From Octopus sinensis (lineage: Eukaryota): a stretch of 64,000 nucleotides of DNA. Below are positions 48,255-60,675 of this stretch, in pieces. The stretch is from contig NC_043002.1 in the NCBI RefSeq assembly GCF_006345805.1, positions 8,680,001 to 8,744,000 of the forward strand. Reading direction: 5' to 3'. The notes under the pieces were generated by a model that searched no databases, was not told where the DNA came from, and was given only the letters and a program-made list of their open reading frames with translations. Every line of letters begins with the position of its first letter. Position 1 is the stretch's first letter. A program made the position numbers and the translations under genes.

Positions 48255-48294
48255 CTTCCACAAGGAAGCAGTCGAAAAATCCCCTAATTTTCAT
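48255..48294 (-). other. Candidate first coding segment or uORF at the end of a UTR-like low-complexity region
   Basis: ATG AAA ATT AGG GGA TTT TTC GAC TGC TTC CTT GTG GAA G|gtaact; upstream region is simple-repeat rich and free of mobile elements. Confidence 0.15.
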
Positions 48295-49479
48295 CCAACT
48301 TGTAATTAGTGCTTGCTGTGAATTCTTTCAAGTGTGGTAATTTTAGTATTTTCGGTTTTTTGTGCATGATTTTTCTCTGCCATCAAATATTTTTTGGAAG
48401 ACGACAAAAAAAATTGTTCTCTGATTTGTAAATTGTGCCGAAGGAGTGCAGCAGTGGCAAATATGGGGATAAATAGGTTCTTGGATGCCGAAAAAGATAT
48501 TTGCAACAAGCTACAAGAATGACTACTAGCTGCAATACTGCTGCTAGTTGTTGTGGTGGGAATGGCAGCAGCAGCAGCAGACACAGCAGCAGTGACAGTT
48601 ATTGGTAATGGTGATGCCAGCAGCAGCGGCAGAAGCAACAGCAGCCAAAGAAGATGGAGAAGAAAAGGAGAATAAAAAAAAAAAAAAAGGAGGCAGATGC
48701 TCCATTTCTAAGGGAAAACTGTCGTCTCCCTTTCTCCAGTCAAGTGTGGCAGTGGGAGTTATGCAGGATTCTCCAAAGAAGGAAGCTTACCTCCTCCCCA
48801 ATGCCAACACAAGACTAAATCAATGGCTTTATAGCCTTCACTACTAACAAACCTCACTTTCTCTTTCTCACCTTCTTTTTCTTTTTCTTTTTGTTTCCCC
48901 CATTATTGAGTGATTCTCAGAGGAGAGATTTCATAATTTGCTTTATTTAATTTTTGATTCACTCTGCTGACCAAAATCGTCTCAAGGTTACTTAACAACA
49001 GGGAAGTTGAACAAAAAAAAAATAAAATAATAAGCGAAAGAAAAAGAAAAAGAATCAAAATAATTCTAAGATGTGTGTGTGTGTGAATGAAATTCTCTTT
49101 TGAAAGTGATGCCTTCCGATTGTGGCTGTCGAAGCCCCAACAGAGACAAGGTGTTTGGATATCTTGTGGTACCTTTTATAGTAGCAATAAGAGTAAGAAT
49201 TGGAATTTTAAATATATTCTAGTGTTGTGTGAGATGAGGTGATAGGGAAGGTGAGGTGTAAAAGTCTTCCAAACTTGCTCAGACACTTCCAAGTAACAGG
49301 TATCAACTGGATTTCTTAAATATACCAGTGTGAACCTGGAGTAACTGCATGAAACCATCAAGATCTTATCTGGATAGCATATTTGTTGGGTCAATAGATA
49401 GATAGTGTAGGGTGCTCACAGTTTCAACTAATCAACTACTCAGGCCACAAATTTAGAATTTGTACAATCAACCTATTTT

Positions 49480-49885
49480 CTCTATTACTCTATTACTTGT
49501 TTCAGTCGTTTGACTGCGGCTATGCTGGAGAACCGCCTTTAGTCGAGGAAATCGACCCCAAGGACTTATTCTTTGTAAGCCTAGTACTTATTCTATTGGT
49601 CTCTTTTGCCGAACTGCTAAGTTACGGGGACGTAAACACACCAGCATTGGTTATCAAGAGATGTTGGGCGGGGGTGACAAACACAGAGACACAAGGATAC
49701 ACACATATATATACATATATACGATGGGCTTCTTTCAGTTTCTGTCTACCAAATCTACTGACAAAGCTTTGGTCAACCCGAGGTTATAGTAGAAGACACT
49801 TTCCCAAGGTGCCACACAGTGGGACTGAACCCGGAACCATGTGGTTGGTAAGCAAGCTACTTACCACACAGCCACTCCTATGCCT
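49480..49885 (-). mobile_element. Full-length SINE family B
   Basis: Reverse complement of 1382-1780. Confidence 0.9.
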
Positions 49886-49910
49886 ATATATATATATATA
49901 TATATATATA

Positions 49911-50058
49911 GGCGTTAGGAAGGGCATCCAGCCGTAGAAACACTGCCAGATTTGACTGGGCCTGATGAAGCCTTCTGGCTTTACAGACCCCAGTAGAACC
50001 GTCCAACCCATGCTAGCATGGAAAACGGACGCTAAACGATGATGATGATGATGATGAT
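49911..50058 (+). mobile_element. Family A terminus
   Basis: ggcgttaggaagggcatccagccgtagaaac...gacgctaaacgatgatgatg. Confidence 0.9.
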
Positions 50059-50076
50059 ATATGATATATACATATA

Positions 50077-50242
50077 TACGACGGGCTTCTTTCTGTTTCC
50101 GTCTACCAAATCCACTCACAAGGCTTTGGTCGGCCCAAAGCTATAGTAGAAGACACTTGCCCAAGGTGCCATGCAGTGGAACTGAACCCGGAACCATGTG
50201 GTTGGTAAGCAAGCTACTTACCACACAGTCACTCCTACGCCT
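50077..50242 (-). mobile_element. SINE family B, head-only copy
   Basis: acgacgggcttctttc...cacagtcactcctacgcct. Confidence 0.85.
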
Positions 50243-50549
50243 GGATAGGATTCTTGAATAGTTTCTGTCTATGCATACTGCTTAGGTCAACTGACATTTC
50301 TGGAAACTGAATGCATATTAATAGGAGCAAAACTGAACCCAGACAAGTTGGAAGAGCAAGTCCATAACTCCAAATAAACAGGGACTGACATGAGTAGGGT
50401 AGCCAGACACCCTCTGCCATTTGCCGGGTATGTTTTTCAGCTTATCTCTGTGATGGAGCAGTAGACTATGGTGAAGATTAAATGACTGACATCTGAAATG
50501 TTTTAAAGAACTCAGACATCTCTATTAATTAGGAAATGTGTCTAGTGGG

Positions 50550-51232
50550 ACATCATCATCATCATTGTTTAGTGTCCGCTTTCCATGCTGGCATGGGTTG
50601 GATGGTTTGACTGAGGACTGGCAAGACAAGAGGCTGCACCAGGCATCAATCTGATTTGGCAGAGTTTCTACAGCTGGATGCCCTTCCTAACGCCAACCAC
50701 TCCGAGAATGTAGCGGGTGCTTTTTACATGCCACCATCACAGGAGCTACTCAGGCAGCACAGGCATAGACCATGCTCAAATAGTGCTTTGTACATGCCAT
50801 CAGCACAGAAGCCAGTCAGGTCGCACTGGCATTGATCACAATTAAATGGCGCTACTTACATGCCACCAACACTGGCATCATTCACACACGAATGGTGCTT
50901 TTTATGTGCCAGCGGCACGAGTGTCATTCAGGTGGCACTGGCATCAGCCACAACTATGATTTTACTTTACTCAACAGGTCTTCTCAAGCACAGCATATTG
51001 CTGGACGATTGAAGGGTACTTTTAAACGGGCCAGTTATGTGACACTGGCATCGGCCATGGCTACAATCACACTCGGCTTGCCAGATCTTCCCAAGAACAG
51101 CATATCTCCAAAGGTCTTGGTTGCTTCTCATTGCCTCTGTGAGGCATTCAGAGGTTATGCTTCACCACTTCATCCCATGTCTTCCTGGGTCTACCTCTTC
51201 CACAGGTTTCCTCCACTTGTTGACTATATGGA
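50550..51232 (-). mobile_element. 5'-truncated RTE-b: ORF2 end, modules and family A tail
   Basis: Minus strand 'GRPRKTWDEVVKHNL...DLWRYAV' continuous with family A. Confidence 0.85.
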
Positions 51233-51254
51233 TGACTAGACTATATAACCTACA

Positions 51255-51447
51255 CCGCCAACCACGTGTGTATTGTCGGCGATATTTTGTTCCTCCATCT
51301 TCCGTTCCTTGGATCTTTCCTTTTCCTGTTTCTGACAAAGAGCTCCGCTCGAAACGTTAAATCCTTCTTCTTTCTTTCCTTTCCTGAGCATCCAATAACA
51401 CTATATTTGTCCCACGTTCTCGCGTTGTTGTGTTTTCATGTTTGGAT

Positions 51448-51450
<3 letters not shown>
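51255..51450 (+). mobile_element. Penelope-like pLTR remnant, family E, with hammerhead-like core
   Basis: ttt-CTGACAA-A-GAGC-TCC-GCTC-GAAA-CG-TT-aaa (51329-51361). Confidence 0.55.
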
Positions 51451-51496
<46 letters not shown>

Positions 51497-51514
51497 ATTA
51501 TTATTATTATAAAT

Positions 51515-53330
51515 GGTAAACCCACAAAATTACAGACCAATAACTTGTCTCCCAACAATTTACAAAGCCCTTACTGCAATAATATTGCAGAAAATGAGCA
51601 AACATTTGAAAGAAAACAACCTGCTTCCAGAAGAGCAGAAAGGATGCTGCAAGGGCTCATACAATAAAGCCATAACTGAAGACAGCCACAGAAAGAAGGA
51701 TCTAAGTATGGCTTGGATTGACTATCGAAAGGCTTTTGACAATATTCCCCACACACGTATCCTAGAAACACTAGCCATGAACAAGGTAGCACTAATAATC
51801 ATAAAATATATAAAACATTCCATGAATAAATGGCAGACAGTTCTACACCCCCAAACAAAAGAGGGACTCATAAAAACCAAAGCTATCCCCATTAGAAGAG
51901 GAATATTCCAGGGAGACATGCTCTCTCCACTCTTTTCCTGCATGGCACTGACACCCTTATCTGACATGCTAAACAGAACTGGATGTGGATACAAATATTA
52001 TGTATGGATGATCTAAAACTGTACACTACAAATGATAAACAGCTGGAAAGATTACTACAGACAGTACATGGATTTACCAAAGAAATAAACATGAATTCTG
52101 GCTCAGAAAAATGTGCCAAAGCAACCTTGAAAAGAAGAAAACATCACACTAGATGAAGTAAATGAAATAAGAGAATTAGACCAAAGCTAGACATACAAAT
52201 ACCTAGGAATCAATGAACTAGATACAATACAACACACACAAATGAAATAGAAAATAAGAAAAGAATGCTATAGCTGAGTTAGATTAATACTGAAAACAGA
52301 GCTCAATGTGAAAAAACAAAATAATAGGTATCAAACTAATCAAAATAGACAGGAAAGCAAGAAAAATAATGACAGGATTGAGGATGCACCACCCAAAATC
52401 TGACATAGAAAGATTATATATACAACACATCGAAGGTAGTAGAGGCCTTATACAGCTAGAAAATTATTACAAAATAACCACCATAGGACTACAGAAATAC
52501 CTACTTTAGAAGCAAGGAAAATTAATGCAAAATAGCCACAAAACATGAACAAAGCCAAAAACTGTTTTCAGTTTTTAAGGAAGCTGACAAATACAAAAAG
52601 GAAGTCATTGAATCTAACAACTATGAAGAAAAAGAACAACAACAAAAGCTGTAAAACAACTGAAATCCAAACTAAAAATGGAACAGATTATGATAAAACG
52701 ATGGCAAGAAAAGCCCTTTCATGGCAAATAATGGTTTAAGTTAAACAGAAAAGAAATAGACAAAGCAAAATCCCAACAATAGCAGAGAAACCCAAAGCAG
52801 AGACTGAAGGATTTTTAACTGCAGCACAAGATCAAAGCCTTCCCACCAGAAATTACCAAAAACATGTAATGAAAAGAAATACAAGTAACTGCAGAATATG
52901 TGGAGATGGAGAAAAAGCAATAAATCATATTGTCTCTGGCTGCCCAGTCCTGGCTAAGAAGGAATATATTCACAGACACGACAGAGTTGGGACTTATATA
53001 CACTGGAAGCTATGCCAACACTATGGAATAATGACAGAAAAAGATGGTATAGGCACACGCCAGAAAAGGTCACAGAAAATGAGAAGGCAACCCTACTCTG
53101 AGATATGCCGATACACACAGATAGAGAAATTAAGGGTCAGATATAACCAAGAAAAAAAAATGCTTTCTAATTGATGTATCAATACCAGCAGATGGCAATG
53201 TTCCTCTAAAAGAAACAGAGAAACTTTCAAAATACAAGGAACTGGAAATGGAGGTAACTCGAATGTGGAGTCTAATAACAGAAACAATTCCTATTATAAT
53301 AGGCGCATTAGGTATGATTTAAAAAAACAT
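51515..53330 (+). mobile_element. R4/Dong-type (RLE) LINE fragment: RT, CCHC and restriction-like endonuclease
   Basis: 'NYRPITCLPTIYK', 'AWIDYRKAFD', 'RGIFQGDMLSPL', 'MDDLKLY', 'CRICG...INHIVSGCPVLAKKEYIHRHD', 'LIDVSIP...EKLSKYKEL...IPIIIGALG'. Confidence 0.9.
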
Positions 53331-53374
53331 TCAGACTACTGAATAATAATAATAATAATAATAATAATGATGAT

Positions 53375-53820
53375 GATAATGATTTCTTTTATTGACCACA
53401 AGAGCCCAAGACATGGAGGACAATATTGAAAGATGGGTCACAACACAAAAAAAAGTACAAAAACAAAAACAGGTGGAGTTTACATTGATCAAAAGGAGCG
53501 ACTACCGCATTCAAGGATACAACAGAGGATATATAATAGAAATTAGAGAAATAAATAATAAATAATTAATTAGAATCCCCAATAGTGGGGCAGTCCACTT
53601 AGGGTAATCTGGGATAAACCCCATGCAAAAGTCCCAGATTACTTAGCCATCCCCATGGCATAGGAAAGGGCCCTCTTCTAGTTTCTTTTCTCCTGCTTAG
53701 AAAAGTATACTCAGAGTTGATTCATTCAGTTTCACCTATCTTGCCACTGTTGACCACTGTTTCCACTGTTGATAGATATTATCCCAAAGTTGGTTGGATT
53801 CACAACCTCTAACCTTCTTG

Positions 53821-53862
<42 letters not shown>

Positions 53863-54300
53863 TATCTTTCAAAAGAGGAAGCTATTTTTATGTGGCATGC
53901 ATTATATAGTTTTGTACATATATAGGTCTATTGTTTTCTGTATTCATATCTGAGAAAACTGGCATGGCTCTATGTTGGGAGTGGGGAGTACCACGGACTG
54001 ATTGGCACTGGCAATCTTTGCACACATGGTGGACACTCCCAAGTATCTCTATGTGTTGTTTATTTTCCCAGCCTATGAGTATTGTATGTTAAAAAAGGGT
54101 AGAATTAATAGCTAAACTTTATGTATTTGTAAACAGAACTGTACAAATATATGCAATCTTAGTATTTGCTGCTTAAGTATCTCATTCTGTTATATATGTA
54201 GAGATTTCAATTGCTCCTTTCTTCAATGTGTTATTTTTATACATACATACGTGTAGAAAAAGTTTATTATTTACTCAACATTCTATTAATCAGTTCATGG
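53375..54300 (-). mobile_element. Decayed LINE 3' end, possibly L1/Tx1-like
   Basis: Minus strand ends ...cttgtggtcaataaaagaaatcattatcatc(att)n; degenerate ORF remnants upstream. Confidence 0.4.
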
Positions 54301-54329
54301 AAATTCCACGGGTCCCACTGGTATATATT

Positions 54330-54560
54330 TATTTCTTTACTACCCACAAGGAGCTAAACACAGAGGGGACAAACAAGGACAGACAAACGAATTAAGTCGA
54401 TTACATTGACCTCAGTGCGTAACTGGTACTTAATTTATCGACCCCGAAAGGATGAGAGGCAAAGTCGACCTCGGCGGAATTTGAACTCAGAACGTAACAG
54501 CAGATGAAATACGGCTATGCATTTCGCCAGGCGTGTTAACGTTTCTGCCAGCTCGCCGCC
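54330..54560 (-). mobile_element. Full-length SINE family C with 17-bp TSD
   Basis: TSD tcccactggtatatatt at 54313-54329 and 54562-54578. Confidence 0.92.
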
Positions 54561-54869
54561 TTCCCACTGGTATATATTATTGAGTGTGTACATGTGTATG
54601 TGAGAGAGAGAGAGAGAGAGAGAGAAATTGATAAAACAATTTATGATAAAAATTCAGAGTTTATTTTAATTAATTATTTTAACTGGAGCAAGCCTTTAAA
54701 TGTTGTCACTTGCTTTAGCATTTGCCATTGTCGTCCACTCCCACTCTGTGTTTTTTTGACTCTTCTTTCCGTCCAAGCGTAACCAACAGGTTACACACTG
54801 CATTTCATTATATCTAAGATGAGAAAGAAAATAGAAATTAACAACTCTCTTCATTCACGATTCTTTCAA

Positions 54870-55011
54870 CCCATCATACACTGGTGCCTTGTAGGTGAGA
54901 TGCTATACAAACATTTCTGGTGCATCAACGGTGTAGGTGTGTCACCTCAGGGGATTTACTTGCAATGTCACAAGCACAAAAATATATTGATAGATACCAG
55001 TGCATGATGGG
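54870..55011. mobile_element. piggyBac-like MITE
   Basis: tcaa|cccatcatacactggt...accagtgcatgatggg|ttaa. Confidence 0.7.
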
Positions 55012-55599
55012 TTAAAATGATCATTGCAAATAAAGAGAGTTGTAATTTACATTTCTTTCTCTGTTATAATTTTTAAAAAACGGTAAAAAGTTGTCATCAT
55101 AGTACTTGGGAGTTTCAAATATCAGAACAAGAGCTACTATGCATCCTCATTAGCTATTAACGACAACAGACGCTATGAAAAACCATTGAATGAAAGGGAA
55201 GTTATTCTAATAGATAGAAAAAGAAAAAAAATTAAAAAATACACACAACCATATTCCTACTTCTCTTCACTCCTACTCTCCTTCTCTCTTCTCTTCACAC
55301 CTTCTCCTTCCCCTTCATCGTCACCCCTCCCTTGTAACCACATCCCACCCCTACACATTCCAACCCCACCCCATCTCATCCCTTACGCCTACTCCCACAT
55401 ACCCCACCATACCGCACAACACATCATACCACCATGCACACACTAGCACTGACCTCTTCCCAGCTCCACATCTTCACACCTACACATACACACATCAAGG
55501 TCATCAGCCCTCTTCCACAAGCACATACATACTCTTTTATACACACGCACGTGCACCTTGGTTTTGGGATCACTAGTACTTTATTATCTCTCCTTCTTC

Positions 55600-55757
55600 C
55601 TAGCTCCCCTGTGTGACCCTTCTGTCTGACATTCACCATGATATATCGCTAGTCACTACACATTCTTTATTTTCTCTCCTTGTTTCTTTCTTTGGAGGAA
55701 CGTAAGCTCAAAACATTAAAGACTTTTTCATTTCCTGAGCATTAAACTAATATACGT
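55600..55757 (+). mobile_element. Degenerate Penelope-like repeat (D/E type)
   Basis: ttctttggaggaacgtaagctcaaaacattaaagacttttt...cctgagcattaaactaata. Confidence 0.45.
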
Positions 55758-56032
55758 AAAAAGCATCATCTATACATGGCCGATGCCAGTGCCGCCTTGA
55801 CTGGCTTCCATGCCGGTGGCACCTAAAAGGCACCAACCATTCGTAGCTGTTGCCAGCCTCCCCTGGCACGTAAAAAGCACCCACTATACTCATGGAGTGG
55901 TTGGCGTTAAGAAGGGCATCCAGCTGTAGCAACACTGCCAGATCAGACTGGAGCCTGGTGCAGTCCCCTGGCTTCCCAGACCCAGGTCGAACCGTCCAAC
56001 CCATGCTAGCATGGAAAACGGACGTTAGATGA
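55757..56032 (+). mobile_element. Family A copy
   Basis: Modules plus core. Confidence 0.9.
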
Positions 56033-56639
56033 TGTTCTGTTTGTTGTCTACACCACCTGTCTTCGTCTTTTGTTTTTTGTGAATTCTCCCCCCACCGGCA
56101 TATATATATATATGTATACACAACCTCATCTTCATATACATATAGGTGTTTACATGTATACACATAACATAATACATATATATTTAGACATTTATACAAA
56201 TAAATATACGTATATATATATACAGACATACATTCACACATACATGTGTAAATGTGTATTTGTGTGAGTATATATGTATGTGCATGTGTATATGTGTGTA
56301 TGTATGAGTGTAAGACTGTGTCCGGTGCATAAGTGTGACATTCATGCACACGTCCCCTTCATTTATACGGATATGCATATGTTTGTATATGTGTAGGTGT
56401 GTGATAGGAGGGTGTATATATTGGAGCCTGGTGCAGCCTTCTGGCTTGCCAGCCCTCAGTCAAACCGACCAACCCATGCCAGCACGAAAAGCATATAAAT
56501 ATATATATATATATATTATATATATATATATATATATGTACATGCATGTACTCCACTACGTTCCTATCAGAATATATCATAACTATATATATATATATAA
56601 TATATATATACATATATATATATATACATATATATATAC

Positions 56640-56677
<38 letters not shown>

Positions 56678-57253
56678 CATATATGTACATGAAATTTAGG
56701 TAAGTTAAAATATGTTTGTGACATATTTCAACTGATAAAGGCGCAGAAGTGTGAACGGATGTCTGTGTATATATGTGTATAAATGTATAAATGTCTAAAT
56801 ATATATGTATTATGTTACGTGTATGCATGTAAACACCTATGTGTATATGAGGATGAGGTTGTGTACACACACACACACACATATATACACATGCACATGT
56901 TTGTGTGTGTGTGTGTGTATGTGCATGTATGTATACATGTTTATGTGTATACGTATGTAGACATTATGAATGCAGGTGGTTTATGACTACGCATTGTGAG
57001 AATATGGTTGCAGGTATTTCTTCTTTTTTCCCCCTTTTCTACCTATTACAGTAACTTGCCTTTTATTCAACGGTTTTCCATGGTGTCAGTTGCCATTAAT
57101 AGCCAACAGGAATGCATTGTAGCTCTTCACTCAGACACTTGAAACTCCAAGTACTATGACAATCTTTTACTGTTTGCTCTAAATTATGACATATATAAAT
57201 AATCCTCTATTATCTAATATTGAGGTCCCATTCTTTTGTTACTACTTTTTATT

Positions 57254-57466
57254 CATCATCATCATCATCATCGTCGTTTAACGTCCGTTCTCCATGCTAG
57301 CATGGGTTGGACGGTTCGACCGGGGTTCTGGGAAGCCAGAAGGCTGCACCAGGCTCCAGTCTAATCTGGCAATGTTTCTACAGCTGGATGCCCTTCCTAA
57401 CGCCAACCACTCCGTGAGTGTAGTGGGTGCTTTTTACGTGCCACCTGCATAGGTGCCAGGCGAGGC
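57254..57466 (-). mobile_element. Family A copy
   Basis: Core with (CAT)n at left. Confidence 0.9.
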
Positions 57467-57474
57467 ATTATTAT

Positions 57475-58130
57475 TATTATTATTATAATTTGCTGTATTT
57501 CGGAATGGTCATTTTGCCAGTTTAGCCAATAAAAACACACGCACTATATATTTGGTGCTACTTTGCCTCAGCGTTATTTATTTTTTACATTAATCTTATT
57601 TCGACCAGAGTTCTTTCGTCACACTCCTGTGACCTCATCAGTGGTCCTTTGCTTTTCTTCTTTCTTATTTGTGTGTCTCTCCTTACTAACGGTCAGCCAT
57701 TTTGTATTCCTATTGTATGTGTCTTCATTTGCGCATGTGTATACCTCTATGTGTGTCTATGTTTAGTTAGTGTATGTGTGGGAGGGAGTGCCTGTAATAT
57801 TTGTATCTCCTAACTAAACTAACACACTAACTAAAAATAGACACACATAGAGGTATACACATGCGCAAATGAAGACACATACAATAGGAATACAAAATAC
57901 AAAATGGCTGACTGTTAGTAAGGAGAGACACAAATAAGAAAGAAGAAAGCAAAGGACCACTGATGAGGTCACAGAAGTGTGACAAAAGAACTCTGGCCGA
58001 AATAAGATTAAGATTAATGTAAAAGATGAATAACGCTGAAGCAAAGTAACACCAAATATATAGTGCGTGTGTTTTTATTGGCTAAACTGGCAAAATGACT
58101 ATTCCTAAATACAACAATATTATTATTATA
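57475..58130. mobile_element. Inverted pair of ~300-bp Penelope-like pLTRs
   Basis: 57475-57773 is the reverse complement of 57822-58130 at high identity; each arm carries a hammerhead motif. Confidence 0.75.
57603..57646 (-). ncRNA. Minimal type I hammerhead ribozyme motif
   Basis: GACCA-CUGAUGA-G-GUCAC(AGGAGU)GUGAC-GAAA-G(AA)C-UC-UGGUC: stems I and II pair, conserved core present, CUC cleavage triplet, 2-bp stem III. Confidence 0.65.
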
Positions 58131-58689
58131 TATATAATTGAAAAAATTGGAGTCAACAAAGAGTAAGGCTAGACATATATTTTTTAATCATTACAGTTGT
58201 TTCCACACAAATATTGTTCTCCAGGCATGCAGGTCCTTCATTACGCAATGGTTTCCCTGCATAATGAGATCTAGTTGTGTTTCCTCAAGTGATATGTAAA
58301 TATTGTCTCCGTAAGTTCAAAATGCTCAGTTTCAAGAACATCCTCTCTGTCTGTTATGGCCTGAATTTAATAGTAACCACTGACTACGATTAAATAAATG
58401 TCCAACCATACTCCTTCTTGTTGACTCCAATTTATTCATTTATCTATTCATACATGACAGATGCCCAAATGCAAACCTGGAAATATGCATAATACTACTA
58501 CTACTGGATAGCACAGGATAAATCTGAAGGTGGACGAGTTTTATACTGTACTCTATATTATATAATATGTTCCTAACAGAATATATCATAACTATATATA
58601 TATATAATAATTATTATTTGAGGGAATATTATTCCTAACTTACAGGGAAAAATTCAATTTAGAAATACTAAATCAAATTTCACAAAATA

Positions 58690-58958
58690 TAATATATATA
58701 TAAAAATTAGAAAAAACTACCTTTTATCAATTCAAAATGAACAATTAAATCATTTTTTTACTATAATCATTTCTTAGATATAGCCACGAAACCCATGTTG
58801 TTATTCTACCAAATATATACATTTTTATTATTATTTCGCAATTTACTAATCATCGGTATATTATTGTTATTTTAATTTTAATATTTCTATTATATGTAAT
58901 TTTCTAAATGGTGTAATTTAATTGTTCATTTTGAATTGATAAAAGGTGTTTTTTTCTA

Positions 58959-58975
<17 letters not shown>
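58690..58975. repeat. AT-rich element with ~60-bp inverted ends inside a (TA)n tract
   Basis: aattagaaaaaactaccttttatcaattcaaaatgaacaattaaat (~58705-58750) inverted at ~58916-58962. Confidence 0.7.
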
Positions 58976-58994
<19 letters not shown>

Positions 58995-58999
<5 letters not shown>

Positions 59000-59430
59000 T
59001 TAGATAAGTTTAAATATGTTTGTGACATATTTCAACTGATAACGGCAAATTTACTGCAGTTACCATGGAGTAAAAAAATTTTTGACCATAAATGAAAAAC
59101 AGAGTAAAAATAACATATCTGTCCAGTGCTGCCACCTGTCAGATTCCCATACTTTGATATTTCTAGCTTATTAGCCATTAGTTAAAGCCACGCCTTGATT
59201 AGGTTTGTCCAGTGTTGCCTCTCTTTGATATTTCCCATTGATAATGGCTAAGAAGCTAGAAACCTCAACGTCTGGAATCCAACAGGCAGCAGCAGCAGGC
59301 AGACTTTCACACCTTTTTTTTTTTTTTACCATAAGAGAGAATTTTTTTCTTCATGGTCACTGCAGTGAATTTGCCTTTAGAAGTTGAATTATGTCACAAA
59401 CATATTTTAACTAACCTAACATTCATCTAT
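58995..59430. mobile_element. Fold-back MITE-like element with long imperfect inverted arms
   Basis: aaatatgtttgtgacatatttcaac...ctgcagttaccatgg vs catggtcactgcag...gttgaattatgtcacaaacatatttt; left arm also at 56690-56750. Confidence 0.7.
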
Positions 59431-59582
59431 TCCTAAACACTACTTAGCACTAATATTATTGTATAATATATGAGTTGGTGGACAAATGAAAGAAGGGCAC
59501 TCAACACATTTATTGGGAGTTAGCATCACGCTTTGAAACTCGAAGTACCAAGGAATTTTAATCAAGCTATTTTGATCCATAT

Positions 59583-59810
59583 ATAGCGAGGTCGTTGCCA
59601 GTACCGCCTGACTGGCCCCGTGCTGATGGCACGTAAAAGGCACCCACTACACTCTCGGAGTGGTTGGCGTTAGGAAGGGCATCCAGCTGTAGAAACTCTG
59701 CCAGATAAAGATTGGGGCCTGGTGCGGCCGTCTGGTTCGCTAGCCCTCAGTCAAAATCGTCCAACCCATGCTAGCATGGAAAGCGGACGTTAAACGATGA
59801 TGATGATGAT
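59583..59810 (+). mobile_element. Family A copy
   Basis: Module, core and (GAT)n. Confidence 0.9.
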
Positions 59811-60127
59811 AGATATATATATTTTGCAACACTAAAACATAAACGGAATGTACTTCGTTAAATCTTCAGAAAATATCCCAAGCTCTGCATGCTATTTATT
59901 TATTGCAAGCAAATATCTTTACTAATCACCATTCAGTTTTCAAAAGACTGCTTAATTACTTCTGAGTCAACCCACCAAGTTTCAGAAATATTGTTTTATA
60001 AAAATAGCCTCTTAAAATATATCTTATTTGTTTTGCTTTTTCTTCATTCATTTTTCTTTCTCTGAAAGACAGGCAAAGTATTAACAATCATTATCTGCAG
60101 CAAATGTTTTATTTTATGGTTTTTCAG

Positions 60128-60154
60128 GAGCAAATTCACTGCATTAATAACAAG
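60128..60154 (+). other. Candidate 27-nt microexon
   Basis: gttttattttatggtttttcag|GAGCAAATTCACTGCATTAATAACAAG|gtacaa; open as EQIHCINNK or xSKFTALITx. Confidence 0.2.
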
Positions 60155-60231
60155 GTACAACTCTATGCCATCTGGAAAAATCCATTTAATGCTCTGCTAA
60201 AAATAAATATCTGTTAAACATAATATATCCA

Positions 60232-60629
60232 GCTATTACTCTTTTACTTGCTTCAGTCATTTGACTGTGGCCATGCTGGAGCACCGCCTTTAGTCGAGCA
60301 AATCGACCCCAAGACTTATTCTTTGTAAGCCTAGTACTTATTCTATCAGGCTCTTTTGCCGAACCGCTAAGTTACGGGGACGTAAACACACCAGCATCGG
60401 TTGTCTAGCAATGCTAGGGGGGACAAACATATACACATGCATACATATATAGTCGCCATGATAGATCGTTAGCCACTACACACATTTTTTCTCTCCTTGT
60501 TTTTTCTGTGTCCCTTTCTGTAGAAGAGCGTAGGCTCAAAACGTAAAAGACTTTTTTCTATTCCTAAGCGCTATACTTATATATCTGTTTGTTTTGTACA
60601 CCACTTGTCTTCATCTTTCGTAAACACTC

Positions 60630-60675
<46 letters not shown>

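Larger units (their letters stand above)
55070..57190. repeat. Nested inverted repeats (55070-55260 / 56995-57190 enclosing 56110-56245 / 56745-56875)
   Basis: e.g. gtcatcatagtacttgggagtttcaa vs ttgaaactccaagtactatgac; cacaacctcatcttcatatac vs gtatatgaggatgaggttgtg. Confidence 0.7.

Noticed and set aside
48306-48847. 110-aa and 81-aa ORFs as genes, and a plus-strand frame ending FLDAEKDICNKLQE*
   Set aside because: Driven by (GCA)n and A-rich low complexity; no recognisable domain or consistent splice structure
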